Counted from the first letter of the stretch, positions 37,879-52,599 are shown. The stretch is 64,000 bases of DNA from Octopus sinensis (GCF_006345805.1 NC_042998.1:112468001-112532000); one strand, 5' to 3'. Numbers and translations: made by a program. The notes: generated from the sequence alone by a model not told the origin.

Positions 37879-38567
37879 GGGGTAGAGAAGAGAAACTGCA
37901 TAGTTGTGGAAACAGCTTCCCAGCAAATGTTAACATAAAGCTGAAGACCATAGAAAAAGAGAACACCTATGCTGAACTATTGAGAAACCTGCGGTTACTC
38001 TATCCAGATTACAAGTTCAGGTTTATGCATGTAATTATGGGGCCCTGGGATATGTAACACACTGTATAAATACCAATCTTGAGAAATTAGGCTTCTCGAA
38101 ACCAGAAAGGAAAGAACTAATTCGAAGGCTTCAGATCCAATCCATCACTGGAACTGTAAAAATCTGTAAGACTTTCCAGAAGCTTATCATTTAAATATAT
38201 ATGAGCATGTCTAGATATGCAACTATAAGCATGAGAATACATACATAAAACATATAAATGCACATACATACATACATACATACATACATACATACATACA
38301 TACATACATACATACATACATACATACATACATGCATACATACATACTTACATACATACATACATGCAAACATACATACACACACATACATACATACATA
38401 CATACATACATACATACATACATACATACATACATACATACATACATACATACATACATACGTACCCTGTTGTTGATGTTGAAATTCCAATGAAGGAGCT
38501 TTGGATTCAGGTTAGAAACCGGGTTTTTCTCTATTGGCAAGAAATCTAGAAATAAACTGAATAATGA
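37879..38567 (+). mobile_element. RLE-type non-LTR retrotransposon 3' fragment inserted in (CATA)n
   Basis: NCIVVE/SFPANVNIKLKTIEKENTYAELLRNL..VIMG/ALGYVT..TGTVKICKTF (restriction-like endonuclease C-terminus; stop at 38194, frameshifted); 3' UTR with internal (CATA)n; conserved last ~105 bp. Confidence 0.75.
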
Positions 38568-39049
38568 CATACATAGATACGCGCAGAGACGCGAGCACAC
38601 GTTATATTAAAGGCACGTTTACATATGAGTTTTATCATTTTTTTAATAATGATTTTTCATATTTCCTAATCAGTCCTTAATGTTTAGTCTAAAACAATAA
38701 CTTGCCTAAGTGTTATAAACGCTTCATGGCCTCGATCTCCTCAAAATGGCATACAGCTTCTACTTGACAAACACACACACACATAAATACATTTACACGT
38801 GCACGAACCATTCACAGTGTGCACATTCGTTGATGACAGGAAATAGGTGATAGAAGTTCCATTCTTCAACCGTCAAGTGACAATGATGGCATGACGAAGT
38901 AGTTCATTGTTTCACTGGGACATCTGGCAGACATTTGTAGAAAGAGTTCTTCACATTCTTCTTCGAATATACCAAACTTACACGCACGCACACAGACACA
39001 CAGACACACACATACACACGCAGACATACGTACACACGCGTACATGAAT

Positions 39050-39160
<111 letters not shown>

Positions 39161-39382
39161 TATACGTATATATGTGTGTGCATATGTGAGAGTGCGTGCA
39201 TATGTGTGTGTGTTGTGTGTGTAAAGGCACGTGGCCTGGTACTCAGAGTGTTGCACACACGACCACAAGATTGTGGTTTCGATACCCAGAGCGGCGGTGC
39301 GTTGTGTTCTTCAGCGAGGAACCACACTGTGACCAGTGGTGTATAACAACATCTGATACACTGGTCGATACAGTGATATACT

Positions 39383-39614
39383 TATTTCTTTATTACCCAC
39401 AAGGGGCTAAACACAGAGGGGGAAAACAAGTACAGACATAGGTATTAAGTCGATTACATCGACCCCAGTGCGTAACTGGTACTTAATTTATCGACCCCGA
39501 AAGGATGAAAGGCAAAATCGACCTCGGCGGAATTTGAACTCACAACGTAACGGCAGACGAAATGCCGCTAAGCATTTCGCCCGGCGTGCTAACGTTTCTG
39601 CCAACTCGCCGCCT
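39383..39614 (-). mobile_element. SINE family A, full length
   Basis: Near-consensus reverse complement ending CCAACTCGCCGCCTT. Confidence 0.9.
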
Positions 39615-39814
39615 TGGTGTGTGTGTGCGCGCGCGCGTATGTATATACATGTGTGTGTGTGCGCGTGTGTATGTATATAAGTGTGTGTGTGTTTGTGTAT
39701 GTACGTATGTGTGTGCGTTTTTGTATGTATGTAGGGCGGAAGAGCAGTAAACGGCCGTTCAGTAATATGTGTACACGTGTATGCATGTATGTATACGTGG
39801 AGACGTGGAAATAC

Positions 39815-40038
39815 CTGAGTTGGTGTCCAAGCGCGCTATTGGCCCACTGAGAGTGGGAGGCCCCTCTGTTGTTGTCACAACTTCTTTCTAGGAGAAAAAA
39901 AATCTGAGAGAAAACTGACAATATTCGATGATGTAGACTAGTTCTTCTTTTCGAGTTTATGTTGTCCATGTTCAGAGAGTGGGATTGGATTTGTGCAAAT
40001 CCTTTCCCCACTACAAAAAAATCATGCACAGGCATCGC
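39815..40038 (-). CDS. candidate internal exon
   Basis: Acceptor TCTTACTTCTTTTCAG, donor CAG/GTATTT, open phase-0 frame AMPVHDFF..MDNINSKRRTSLHHRIL..GHQL. Confidence 0.3.
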
Positions 40039-40385
40039 CTGAAAAGAAGTAAGACATAACAAAGTGGCTGGTCGTAGCCTTCGCCTGTGTGAGACCTTCG
40101 ATCAGGTGATGGCAACAGTCGAACACTAGTTTGTAATCATCACACACACACACACACACACGTACGTGTGTGGGGGGGGGGGCATGGACACATGTATAAA
40201 AGAAATACCTGGAAAAAATGGCCAAGTACGCCCGCTATACGAGAAATTAATAAGGAAACGAGCGCTAATAGAGCATGTGTAGGTATTTTAATCCTTTAAA
40301 ATCCTAAATGACTATCACTGATAAAAAAAAAATCCAAGAGAGACAAGCGAGAAATTTTAATTGCTTTAATTAACAGTACGATGAC

Positions 40386-40430
40386 AACTCTGGACATATT
40401 TCAATCGTATTAGATCTCATCAGCGAAGTC
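40386..40430 (-). ncRNA. possible minimal hammerhead motif
   Basis: GACTTCG-CTGATGA-GATC-TAATAC-GATT-GAAA-TATG-TC-CAGAGTT; stem I has one mismatch. Confidence 0.4.
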
Positions 40431-40802
40431 CATTGTAACCATTACTGCAGATCTTAAAATAACTAGAGAATGATCAAAGATATTTGTGCCGCTTCCATAT
40501 CATTCTTTTATTTAAATATATATAAGACTACAGAATTTCAATATGTCCTTCATTTTCAAAACTGTAAAATGCGATCAGCGGAGAGGGATATGGCTGCTAT
40601 ATCTCGCAAATCAAGCGACCAGGCAGAGTTACTTTTATTATCACGTCATCGTTATGTTGGTGTGGTCATCATATTGTTTTCAAGTCAATCCAGACATCCA
40701 GTAACGTATGATGATTTAAGCAGTGAATGATCATACGTCTTCATATTGAATCTTTTTCGGCGGTTTTCATACCGAATCATTTTTAGCGGTTTTTATTTAT
40801 GT

Positions 40803-41215
40803 AGGCATGGCTCCAGGCGTAACTGTGTGGTAAGAAGTTTACTCCCAACCGCATGGAACCGGGTTCAGTCTTACTGCGTAGCACCTTGAGCAAATATCTC
40901 CTACTATAGACTCGGGCAGACTAAAGCCTTGTGGATGGATTTAGTAGACGGAAACTGAAAGAAGCACGTTGTGTGCATATGTATATGTTATTACGTGTGT
41001 ATGTGCATGCGTTTGTCCCCCACCACTGCTTGACAACTGGTTTGGTGTGTTTACGTCCACGTAGCTTAGCGATTCGGCAAAGAGTCTGATTGAATAAGTA
41101 CTACACTTAAAAACGTAAGTACTGGAGTCGATTCGTTCGACTAAAAGATTTATCAAGGTGGTGCCCCAGCATGGTCGCAGCCTAATGACTGAAACAAGTA
41201 AAACATAAATTATGC
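40803..41215 (+). mobile_element. SINE family B
   Basis: GTAACTGTGTGGTAAGAAG..GGGTTCAGTC..ATGACTGAAACAAGTAAAA. Confidence 0.85.
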
Positions 41216-41340
41216 ATATACATACGATTGGGTATGCGTGTTTCACTGTGTGAGTGTGCGTGTGTGTGTGTCCGTAATCTACGTTCAGATTTACAAACAG
41301 GAATAAGTACTCAATACAGAAGTAAAAAATGAAAGACAAA

Positions 41341-41387
<47 letters not shown>

Positions 41388-41403
41388 TCTTCAGCACGCC
41401 CTC

Positions 41404-41496
<93 letters not shown>

Positions 41497-41530
41497 GCAC
41501 ACATACACACACACATATATATATATATAT

Positions 41531-41599
<69 letters not shown>

Positions 41600-41601
<2 letters not shown>

Positions 41602-41815
41602 AGGGCGTGCTGAAGAGTTCCTAGCCTTAGGTAAAATAAAATACAGGGATCAGTTAATTATGATTTTATTCAACATATCCCCTCTCAGATTCACACACAT
41701 TGCAGCGGTCTTTCAATTTTTCTAAATCCTGTAAAAGAACTAAGGTGGTTGAGCCTCCAGCCAAGGCCTTTCGCGAGACCCTTACAGCCAGATATTTATC
41801 AGCACCCGCTCGCGT
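41600..41815. mobile_element. mariner-derived MITE or fragment in (TA)n
   Basis: TA-CAAGGGCGTGCTGAAGAGTTCC TIR; degenerate opposite end TCAGCACCCGCTCGCGTA. Confidence 0.6.
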
Positions 41816-42812
41816 ATCTTAGAATTCTTCCTAGAAGGAAAGAGCTTAGTTATAACAAAGTACTATGTATGTATGTATGCATTTAAGTACGTGTAGAGTG
41901 GGTTTGGGCGCAATTTCTGGGTACAAATTCACTTCACTAACATTAGTTCACCCGAGGCAAAAGAAAAAGTGAATCTCACTTGGTACCTCGCTGTGAGATG
42001 CATGCCGGAAACACGCGTATACAAAGCGCGGACTTCTTAACCAAAGAGCTATGTCTCTGCCTACTTTACAGCTTATGCTTTTTTTCCCTTGTCATATGTC
42101 TTTATGCTTCTGTATTTTCATGAATTACTCAAATATTCCCTTTCTATAATGCTTTTGTTTTGTATTTTTTCTTTGTTTGAAGGGAGTTTTTCGCTTTTTG
42201 CATTGATTTTTTTATTCGTTTTTCTTTTTTTGGCTTCTTTATTTTGTTTCGTTTTGCTGAAATATATTGCCATGTAACTACTGTAAAATAATATACTTTT
42301 CCCAACACGACATACCTTAAACAATTTTATGTAAATTTTATGTCAGTTTTATGTCAATCTTCAGAGATAAAAATTGTTACAACGGCCTCAATTGAGACAA
42401 TTATATACTGTTTCACGTTGGGTGTTGATACTCACACAGTTAACTTTCCTGTTGCTACTACTGCTCCTACTACTCTTACTGCTGCTGTTGTTTAGACTCA
42501 TTCCAGCCCTGACGGAGCTGACCGAAGATCAAATATGTTTAAGTTGTAATCGTCTAGTCTTTTTCATATTTAGGCTCACTATACTGTATAAATTATCAGT
42601 TGTATGTATATTCCCATTTTTTAAGAGGGCAGGGTTTGATTTGAGAGATGTTTAACTATTATTTCCATCTATTCGAACTATCTCAGCGAGACGAGACTCT
42701 CGCATTGACAATTGTTACTGGATGGAGTCGTTAAGTAATAAAGTATACTGAAGGTTTTGCTACAACTAACTAGAGGTGTTTCTGAGTTTCTGATTCACAC
42801 ATCCACCCACAC

Positions 42813-42843
<31 letters not shown>

Positions 42844-42845
<2 letters not shown>

Positions 42846-43109
42846 ACAACAATTGAGGAACGGCTACAATAGGCCGTTCGACCCACTAGAAATAGCAGCC
42901 AGGGCTCCAACCGCAAATAGTTGTAATTCCGAAATCTAAGGTTTACCATTAAAAAACGCCGAAACAATGCATTGTCAAAAGAAGAACAGGGTAAATGTTT
43001 TTTTTATTTTTCCTTAGATTTCGGAATTACTACTATTTGCGGTTGGAGCCCTGGCTGCTATTTCTAGTGGGTCGAATGGCCTATTGTAGCCGTTCCTCAA
43101 TTGTTGTTG
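42844..43109. mobile_element. foldback MITE: 98-bp inverted arms with a 70-bp spacer
   Basis: Arms 42844-42941 and 43012-43109 are near-exact reverse complements; related copy at 5020-5192. Confidence 0.9.
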
Positions 43110-43254
43110 AATTTATTCATAGTCTCTGACTATTTCCTCTTTCTCACTAGACCGCTGGTGGCAAAATAATTTCTATTGAATTTTTTGCTACCCTAAATTG
43201 ATTAATTTATATATATATATATAATATTAACAGAATGAGATAAAAATCCAAGGC

Positions 43255-43735
<481 letters not shown>

Positions 43736-44633
43736 GTGAAAGATTTCAGGACATTTATAAAGAGACGGTCTTACATCTGTTTCCGGGATATTTTATATAT
43801 CGGACTCCTCATTCGCATAATCACCGAGCCTGGAGCTTAACTATAGTCTGTCTATATAACTTAGCATTACCTGACACTTCTGGGTCTTCTTGACACCATT
43901 ACCTCTCATAACCTGTATAAATATATATATATTGATAATACTAAAATTCCAGGGATGTTTATGTGTGACTGAAATATCTCAGAAATAATATATTTTATCG
44001 GTGCGAATGGTACTTTATACGGCGCCGAGTTTACAGTCCTGTAAATAATAATAATGGTATTTTTATATAAGCTTAAAGCTTATGGCGAACACCGTGCAAT
44101 GACTAAGGAAAATAATATAATAAAGGGGCATATAAGCCCTCGACAGAAAAAATGCCTTCCTATCCGCGTAGGAGGCGAACCTACATTCCTTTGTTAACGC
44201 GATTAAGTGTGTCACCTTTACATCAGCGAATCAGGCTCCCCATTTCTGTCAAATTTAAGAACTATAATATTTTAATCATTTCAAAATAATTTTAACTGAA
44301 TGTGATTTCATCATCCCGAGCTCGTAGATTTCTGTAAAAAAATGATTTATTTACTTTTGTTTTTAAGTGAAAGATATATATACGTGTATATGAAATGGAC
44401 ATGTGTGTGTGAAAGAGAGAGATAAACAGAGAGAATGAATGAAGAGGTGTGTTGTCATGTATACGTACATACATTAATACATATGCGTACATCTTTATTG
44501 TATGTACATAAGCATGTGTGTGTGAGTGAGAGTGTGTGTGTGTGTGTGAGTGAACGTGTGTGCTCTCATGTATGTGTAAGTGACACGCTCTCTTTTTCCC
44601 TCTCTCTCCCTCTTTCTCTCTTTCACTTCCTCT

Positions 44634-44685
<52 letters not shown>

Positions 44686-44700
44686 TTTTCTCTATATATA

Positions 44701-45590
44701 CAGGGCACGATGGGTAAATTGTCGCTATCTTATATTTTAATTTCACGCATGCGTATTGTTGTTGTTTTTTATTTTGCCGACAATACAGTACAATAGGGGC
44801 AGTTGGGCATTGTTTGTGAGAACAATAGCACCATGAAGCAATTCACTCTGCCAGAAATTTGGAAACGACATGATGTACTGCTTGGCATTCACGCCGAAAG
44901 TTCCAATACAAACAGATGTTGAACGCACACGACAACCGTTAGACTGCCGTGTCCCCAAAACATGTACTGAGAGTGATAAAAATCAAACATCCAGTCAACA
45001 TCATGGTGTTTGGACTGATCGCTAGTGATGGCGACGTTATGCCTCCATTCATCTTTCCACACGGCCTAAGACTCAACTCGGAGGCCTACATCAAGTGCCT
45101 GGAAGAGGTAGTGTTGCCTTAGGTCAAGAGGGTGGCTGCTGGAAGACCTTATGTCTGGCAACAGGACTCCGTACCATGTCACACAAGCAGGAGAACCCAG
45201 TCATGTCTGTCAGACAATTTCTGAAACCACATCACCCTCAACATCTGGCCACTTAACTCCCCACACTGCAACTCCCTTGATTTTTATGTTTGAGGCACAG
45301 TTGGGCGAGAGACCAACAAAACTCCTTGTAATACCAAAGATGAACTGAAGGCAAGGATTATGGCAACATTCACCAACTTAAACAAGGAGGCCGTCCTGAA
45401 GAGTTGCAGGAGATTCTGAAGTCGTTTGGAGGCCGTGGTTCAAACCAATGGCGATTTTATTGAATAAATTTACTCTTTAGTATTTCAAGATATTTTTATG
45501 TAATTTTGATAAATGTATCTGTTAAAATGAGATGTCAGTGTTATTTTCAGTTTTGCGTAATTTAGATGACAATACATTCACAGCACCCTA
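44701..45590 (+). mobile_element. maT-type (DD37D) Tc1/mariner element, internally deleted
   Basis: IMVFGLIASDG..YVWQQDSVPCH..WPLNSPHCNSLDFYV; 37 residues counted between the second and third D; TA-CAGGG..CACCCT ends. Confidence 0.85.
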
Positions 45591-45638
45591 TATATATATA
45601 TGCATGTATGTATACACACACACCTATATATATATATA

Positions 45639-45743
<105 letters not shown>

Positions 45744-45943
45744 TTAAAGTAGTGTACCTTAACTTAAACCTGCTGACTCAAAAGGAAGCCACCTTTAGCC
45801 GTTTCAGACACGACAATTACATGACCACAACTGCAACTGCTTTTCAACCTGGAATTTTGATAGCATGTCTATTTGATCACTCAGAACGCATACCTATTAG
45901 TTTGAGTTATTTTGACGAAAATTCTTCATATCCTTTATATATA

Positions 45944-48473
45944 CACAAATACCTTGGCTTAAGTTGCTTCGATTGAAGTCGTTCTCGATTATACAACGGT
46001 TTTCAAAAACAATATATGGAAAAATAAAAAATCAAGTTAAGTCATTTTACTCGACTTTACGTCTGTCCGCCACAAATATTGGAATTGTAAAATCACTAGA
46101 AAACCGTTAAAAGAACATAAAATCATGTTACTGTACAATAAATAAGAATAAAAACATATTAAAGCATATTAATATACGTACAGTAAATGTTAAGATAAAC
46201 ACCATAAAGTAGTGTAGCTTAGTGAGCTAAATCATGACATCAGCTCTGTTGTCTTATTTATCGGTCTTTCGGAGCTCACATTCCACTGTAGTTCCCATAT
46301 CTATCGTTAGGCGTCGCTGTCACTCGTGATTCTCGCAATTGTTTTGAATTCAGATTTGTTTACGAATGTTTATCGGCTGCTTTCTCATTCTCATTCATTT
46401 ATGTTTTATTTTTTTGCTTCCATGACTCCTAAGAAAATTCATAGTGAAAGTGCTAAGCGTCATGCTATAACACTGGAAGATAAGCTGGCTATGATAAAAT
46501 GATATGAAAAAGATGAAAATGGTAGCAATTGCACGATCTTTTGGGATGAGTCGGACAATTGTACATAATAAGCACAAGATTTTAGCACATAACAAATCTG
46601 AAGCCCCAGGGATGAACAGTGTCATCAAGAAGAAATGGTAAGTCTTCTTTCTCTTTGGATTGTTAGTTTGAATCGTCGGCGTGCTATTATTAGTCAAGAA
46701 ATCATTCAAGAGAAAGCGTTGTCTTTGAGGACCGGAAGAAAAATATCCAGGTGAGACAGATGTAGAGTTCAAGGAAAGTCAAGGTACATGAGATTTAAGG
46801 AGCGAAGAAGTTATCACTCCATTAAGGAGTAAGGTGAAAGTGCATCAGCTGACGAACAAGCAGCAGCGGAATTTTGTAATGATTAAAGAAAATCACAGAA
46901 GAAAACGGGTTTCTTCCCGAACAGATTTTTAATGTAGACGAAACTGGATTGTACTGGAAAAAGTTGCTAGACAGTTCGTTCATTTCCAAGGAGAAAACTA
47001 TTCCAGAGTACAAGGTCTCAAAAGAACGTGTGACCATAATGCTGAGAGGTAATTGTGCAGAAGATTTTAAGTTAAAGCCATTGCTTGTGTATCGTGCACA
47101 CAACCCCCGTGTCCTGAAGAACATACCCAAAGCATCTCTCCCTGTTATATGGATGGCTAATTCAAAAACATGGGTTACTGTTCTTGTTTTTGAAGATTGT
47201 TCCTCAATCATTTTATCCCAGCAGCAGAGAAGGGATTCCTTTTAAGGTTTTACTTATTTTAGATAATGCTCCTAGCCACCCGCGAAGTATCGTAGATTTT
47301 GACACCAACATTACCGTCGAATACCTCCCTCCGAACACCACGTCTCTTCTGCAGCCAATGGATCAGGGAATAATTGCTATCTTCAAGCGTTACTATATGA
47401 AGCGTACACTGCGGCAAGCAATAGATGCAGCTGATCTTGATGAGTCCATCACACTTTGTGACTTTTGTAAGAGATACGATATCTACAAGGTTGTACAGAA
47501 CATAGCAGCTGGATGGAATGATGTACAGAGCACGGCTATAATTGGTAAATGGAAAAAGCTATGCCTACAATTCGTGAATGATTTTAAGGGTTTTGATAAT
47601 GTTGCCATCAACAAAATGTTGGTGACTACAAGCAAAGAACTGGAAATGGATTTGGAGGAGGAGGATTTCACAGATTTATTTGAAAAAAACAAAGCAACCT
47701 CTGAGGAACGAGGATTTGATAGAGTTTCACGAGCACCAAAATAAAGAAGAAAAGGAAGTCGAACTTGAGCCACGTCACTTTACCATTAAGAAAATGCAGC
47801 ATGCATTTGCATATATCGAAAAAGGTCTTTCTATGTTCGAGGGTATGGATCCAAATGCTCAACGCTTTTCCAAGATTACGGGGACTTGTCGTGAAGCTTT
47901 TGCTCCTTATAATGTAAACCTTGACGAAAAGAAGAAGACAGTTCAAGGAACTCTCAACCGGTTTTTTAAGCGCATCGAACAACAAGAACAGCCAGAGTCA
48001 GCTGTTGATGTTGACGATCCACAGCCATCTACATCCGCGATGTAAACCACCAAATTGTATGTTCATATTGTTAAATTTTGAATAATTTAGTCTTTTTTTT
48101 TTTTACTATTGCAAAAGGCTTTTATTTTACCATTCTTATTACAAACCGCATTCATAAATAAAGCGTCCGCGATGTACGGTAAACACCGCCAAATTATATT
48201 CGTTAATTTAGATTACTTTTTTTTTACTGTGCTGTATTAAAAAATAAAGATTATTTGTTTGTAAGCTTAAAATAGTTTTTTTATTAACCATGTATTATTG
48301 AAAATGCATTCATAAATAAAGTACAGAACTGGGAATGGTTATTATCGGCTTAGCTTAGACTCAAGTAAATTCGGCCTAGCCTAGCCTAGAGACAAGTTAA
48401 TTTGATTTAAGTCGTTTTTCGAATTAAGTCGTGTCTCCTGGAACCAATTAACGAGTAGCGTGAGGTATGCCTG
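45944..48473 (+). mobile_element. near full-length Tigger/pogo element, degenerate transposase (46422-48045)
   Basis: FNVDETGLYWK..LKPLLVYRAHNPR..ILDNAPSHP..YLPPNTTSLLQPMDQGII; right TIR GAGGTATGCCTG-TA; degenerate left TIR TA-CACAAATACCT. Confidence 0.9.
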
Positions 48474-48638
48474 TATATATATATATGCTTGTTTTAGACA
48501 GTTTCTTACAGACAAAGTGTATTCTGTTATTCTTTTATCCTTTTACTCGTTTCAGTCATTTGACTGCAGCTGTTCTGGAGCACCGCCTTGTAAGTATATC
48601 CTGTGTCCAATATATTTTTATCTATAAATACTCATATA

Positions 48639-48700
<62 letters not shown>

Positions 48701-48918
48701 TGTATGTGTGTATAAGATATTTATGTCACTAAATCCCATCCCAGTGTAACACCACACCTACTTTGCAGCTAAAAATGCTTCTACAAGATAAACTGCTTAT
48801 AAAGCACTCGGGAAAAGTGAAGATATTTAGAGACTGATATAGGTTACGTAAGTGGAAACTTCGAAGTGACCACCAAGCTTTCCCTTGTAAAAACAATATA
48901 TATGTATGACTGTGTGTG

Positions 48919-49024
<106 letters not shown>

Positions 49025-49028
49025 AGTT

Positions 49029-49629
<601 letters not shown>

Positions 49630-49937
49630 CTACACGTGGATCTGAATCATAATGATATTGTTTGTCAAGTGGGTTAGTGAGTGATCTGATTATGGATTAC
49701 GGGTCAGATTACTCGTATAAGATTCGGATAATGAAGACTTTCATTGTTTTTGGCATTCTTGCATTGAAATTTTTTAATTATGCAAGATACAATTTAGTTA
49801 AATAAATAATTTAGAAAGTACAGATTAACTGGGTCTGTACTTATAAGATAAAGATGGCGAGGCATTTTAAGTGGAAAAGAGGCAAGAAAAAGTTTGGGCA
49901 ATTCTACACACCGAGTCCAAAGCATAGACATTCAGAC

Positions 49938-50061
<124 letters not shown>

Positions 50062-50099
50062 AGATAGGGGTTGAAATATAACTTTAGGTTATATATATA

Positions 50100-50262
50100 G
50101 TCGCAGTTGTGGCTGTGTGTCAAGAAGCTTGCTTCCCAAGCACATGGTTCCGGGTTCAGTCCCTCTGTGTGGCACCTTGAGCAAGTGTCTTCTACTATAG
50201 CCTCGGGTCGACCAAAGCCTTGTGGGTGGATTTGGTAAACGGAAAGTGAAAGAAACTCGTCG

Positions 50263-50333
<71 letters not shown>

Positions 50334-50535
50334 ATATATGTGTGTGTGTGTGTTTGGGGTTCGTGTATGTCCCCCATCATCACCTTACAACCGGTATTGG
50401 TGTGTGCGTCTCCGTAATTTAACGGTTCAGTTAAAGAGACCGAGAGAATAAGTTCCAGGTTTAAAAAGATATAAAAGTCTAGGGGTCAATTTTTTCTACT
50501 AAAAAGCCGCGCTCCAGCATGGCCACAGTCAAATA
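50100..50535 (+). mobile_element. SINE family B
   Basis: GTGGCTGTGTGTCAAGAAGCTTG..GGGTTCAGTCCC..CTCCAGCATGGCCACAGTC. Confidence 0.85.
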
Positions 50536-50556
50536 TATATATATATATATAGAAGT

Positions 50557-50631
<75 letters not shown>

Positions 50632-50831
50632 GTAGGGTAGGAAAAGAGAATTTTTTTCCTATAATTTGGTAGCATGCATAAAATAGTCAATAGTCATTCT
50701 CAGCTACATAGAGTCTATTTCTAGCTACAATAACGACAATATGAATTTCTTCCATCTTCTTGCGCTGTTAAAATATTTGAGAAAAATTATATTAATGTGT
50801 CCGACTGGTTAAAATTCTATTTATTTACTTT

Positions 50832-50917
50832 TGCAGCTGAAGATGGCGCTGCATTTAAATTGATGTAATGCTTGCGTTGTTCAATTAAATGGAGTCGCTT
50901 GAAACGATCGTACTGCA
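50832..50917 (+). ncRNA. type I hammerhead ribozyme motif with a 57-nt extended stem II
   Basis: Stem I TGCAG/CTGCA, core CTGAAGA, long hairpin 50844-50900, GAAA, palindromic stem III ACGATCGT, triplet GTA. Confidence 0.72.
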
Positions 50918-50960
50918 TCACTACTTCATATACTGTTGCTTATTTTGATTATATAAACAT

Positions 50961-51245
50961 TACGACGACGATCCTGCTCGTGAAATTAACATGCAGGTGG
51001 ATGAGCACTCCACAGACACGTGTACACTTAACGTAGTTCTCGGGGAGATTCAGCGTGACACAGAGTGTGACAGGTACAACAGAAACAGAAGGAAAGAGTG
51101 AGAAACTTGTGGTGAAAGAATACAGTAGGGTTCACCCCTGCCGGAGCCTCGTGGAGCTTTACGTGTTTTCGCTCAATAAACACTCACAACGCCCGGTCTG
51201 GGAATCGAAACCGCGATCCTACGACCGCAAGTCCGCTGCCTCCAC
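50961..51245 (-). mobile_element. SINE family C
   Basis: Reverse complement of the 55007-55384 family. Confidence 0.85.
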
Positions 51246-51493
51246 ATATAAATATATATGAACATATGCATGTGTGTGTGTGTGTGTTTTTGACTCTGTC
51301 AATGCTGCAATACCCGTTGACATTTGAATTGATCTACATAATTCCACACAAAACATGATAAACTCTCTTAGCAAAGTGTTCAATAAATTGTCTGTTTTAA
51401 GCAGTAAATACACCACACACACATATATATATATAAACTGTATATGTATATGCATATAAATATACACACCCATGTTTATATATACATACATAC

Positions 51494-51584
<91 letters not shown>

Positions 51585-52028
51585 GACGTGTGTCTGTCTA
51601 TGTGTTTGTATGTGTCTCTCTGTGTCTCTCTGTGTGTCTCTGTGTGTCGGAGGTATTGGTACAGCCTATAGAAGCCATATATATTGAAATATAAAGTTAA
51701 TTTATGATTTATATATGAAAATACCTGAATAATAAAACAATCATAAATTATATTATTCGAAATTGATATTTTATGTATGGTGTTTTTAAGTTCACAAAAC
51801 ATACATTAAAAATGCTTTTCGTACATGAGTTCAGTTAATGGAATGTGTTCAGTACAAAGCAGGTATTTAAAAGATGCAAAGCACGAAAAAATGTTTTATT
51901 AATAACTTCAAAAGTGTGGGTGAGTTAGAAATATGTTATTTTTCAATTCAGCACGTTAAATTTGATGTCGTCAAGTGTTAACTTTCCTGGTTACTGTAAT
52001 ATACCAAAACAATTCACTGCATTTGTTG

Positions 52029-52065
<37 letters not shown>

Positions 52066-52512
52066 CGTGCGTGTTTGCCTCTGTTAGTGTGTTTGTCTCT
52101 GTATATGTGTGCGTGCATGTTATTGCTTTTGCTCGTTAACCCCAACTCGGATTTTATTGAGAAGCATTCCACTCATGCTCGTTGAATGTTTTTCTTCATA
52201 GTATAACTTGGATTATATTACAGAAAGTGACAGTGTAATTTAAGATTTAACTGATATTTCCAGCAGATCAAGCGACTGTGAAGCGACAACATCATTAGCT
52301 CACATGTGTCATGTGAGGTTATATTTGAGTAAGTCTGTGTCAACAAAGTCAACGAGGAAAAGATGCTTTAAGAGAACGTGCGGCATGGTCGCATATTTTC
52401 ACTACAGAGGGCTGCAAAACTTCGATTAACTCAGTAGAATAGGTTTCGCCGAAACACGTTTAACAAACTAAATTCACTCCCATCTACATCATCATTTTTC
52501 AAAATAATAATG

Positions 52513-52597
<85 letters not shown>

Positions 52598-52599
<2 letters not shown>

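Noticed and set aside
41985-42025. CTGTGA..GAAACACGCGTA, hammerhead-like
   Set aside because: Core incomplete, and it appears to lie within a degraded SINE head
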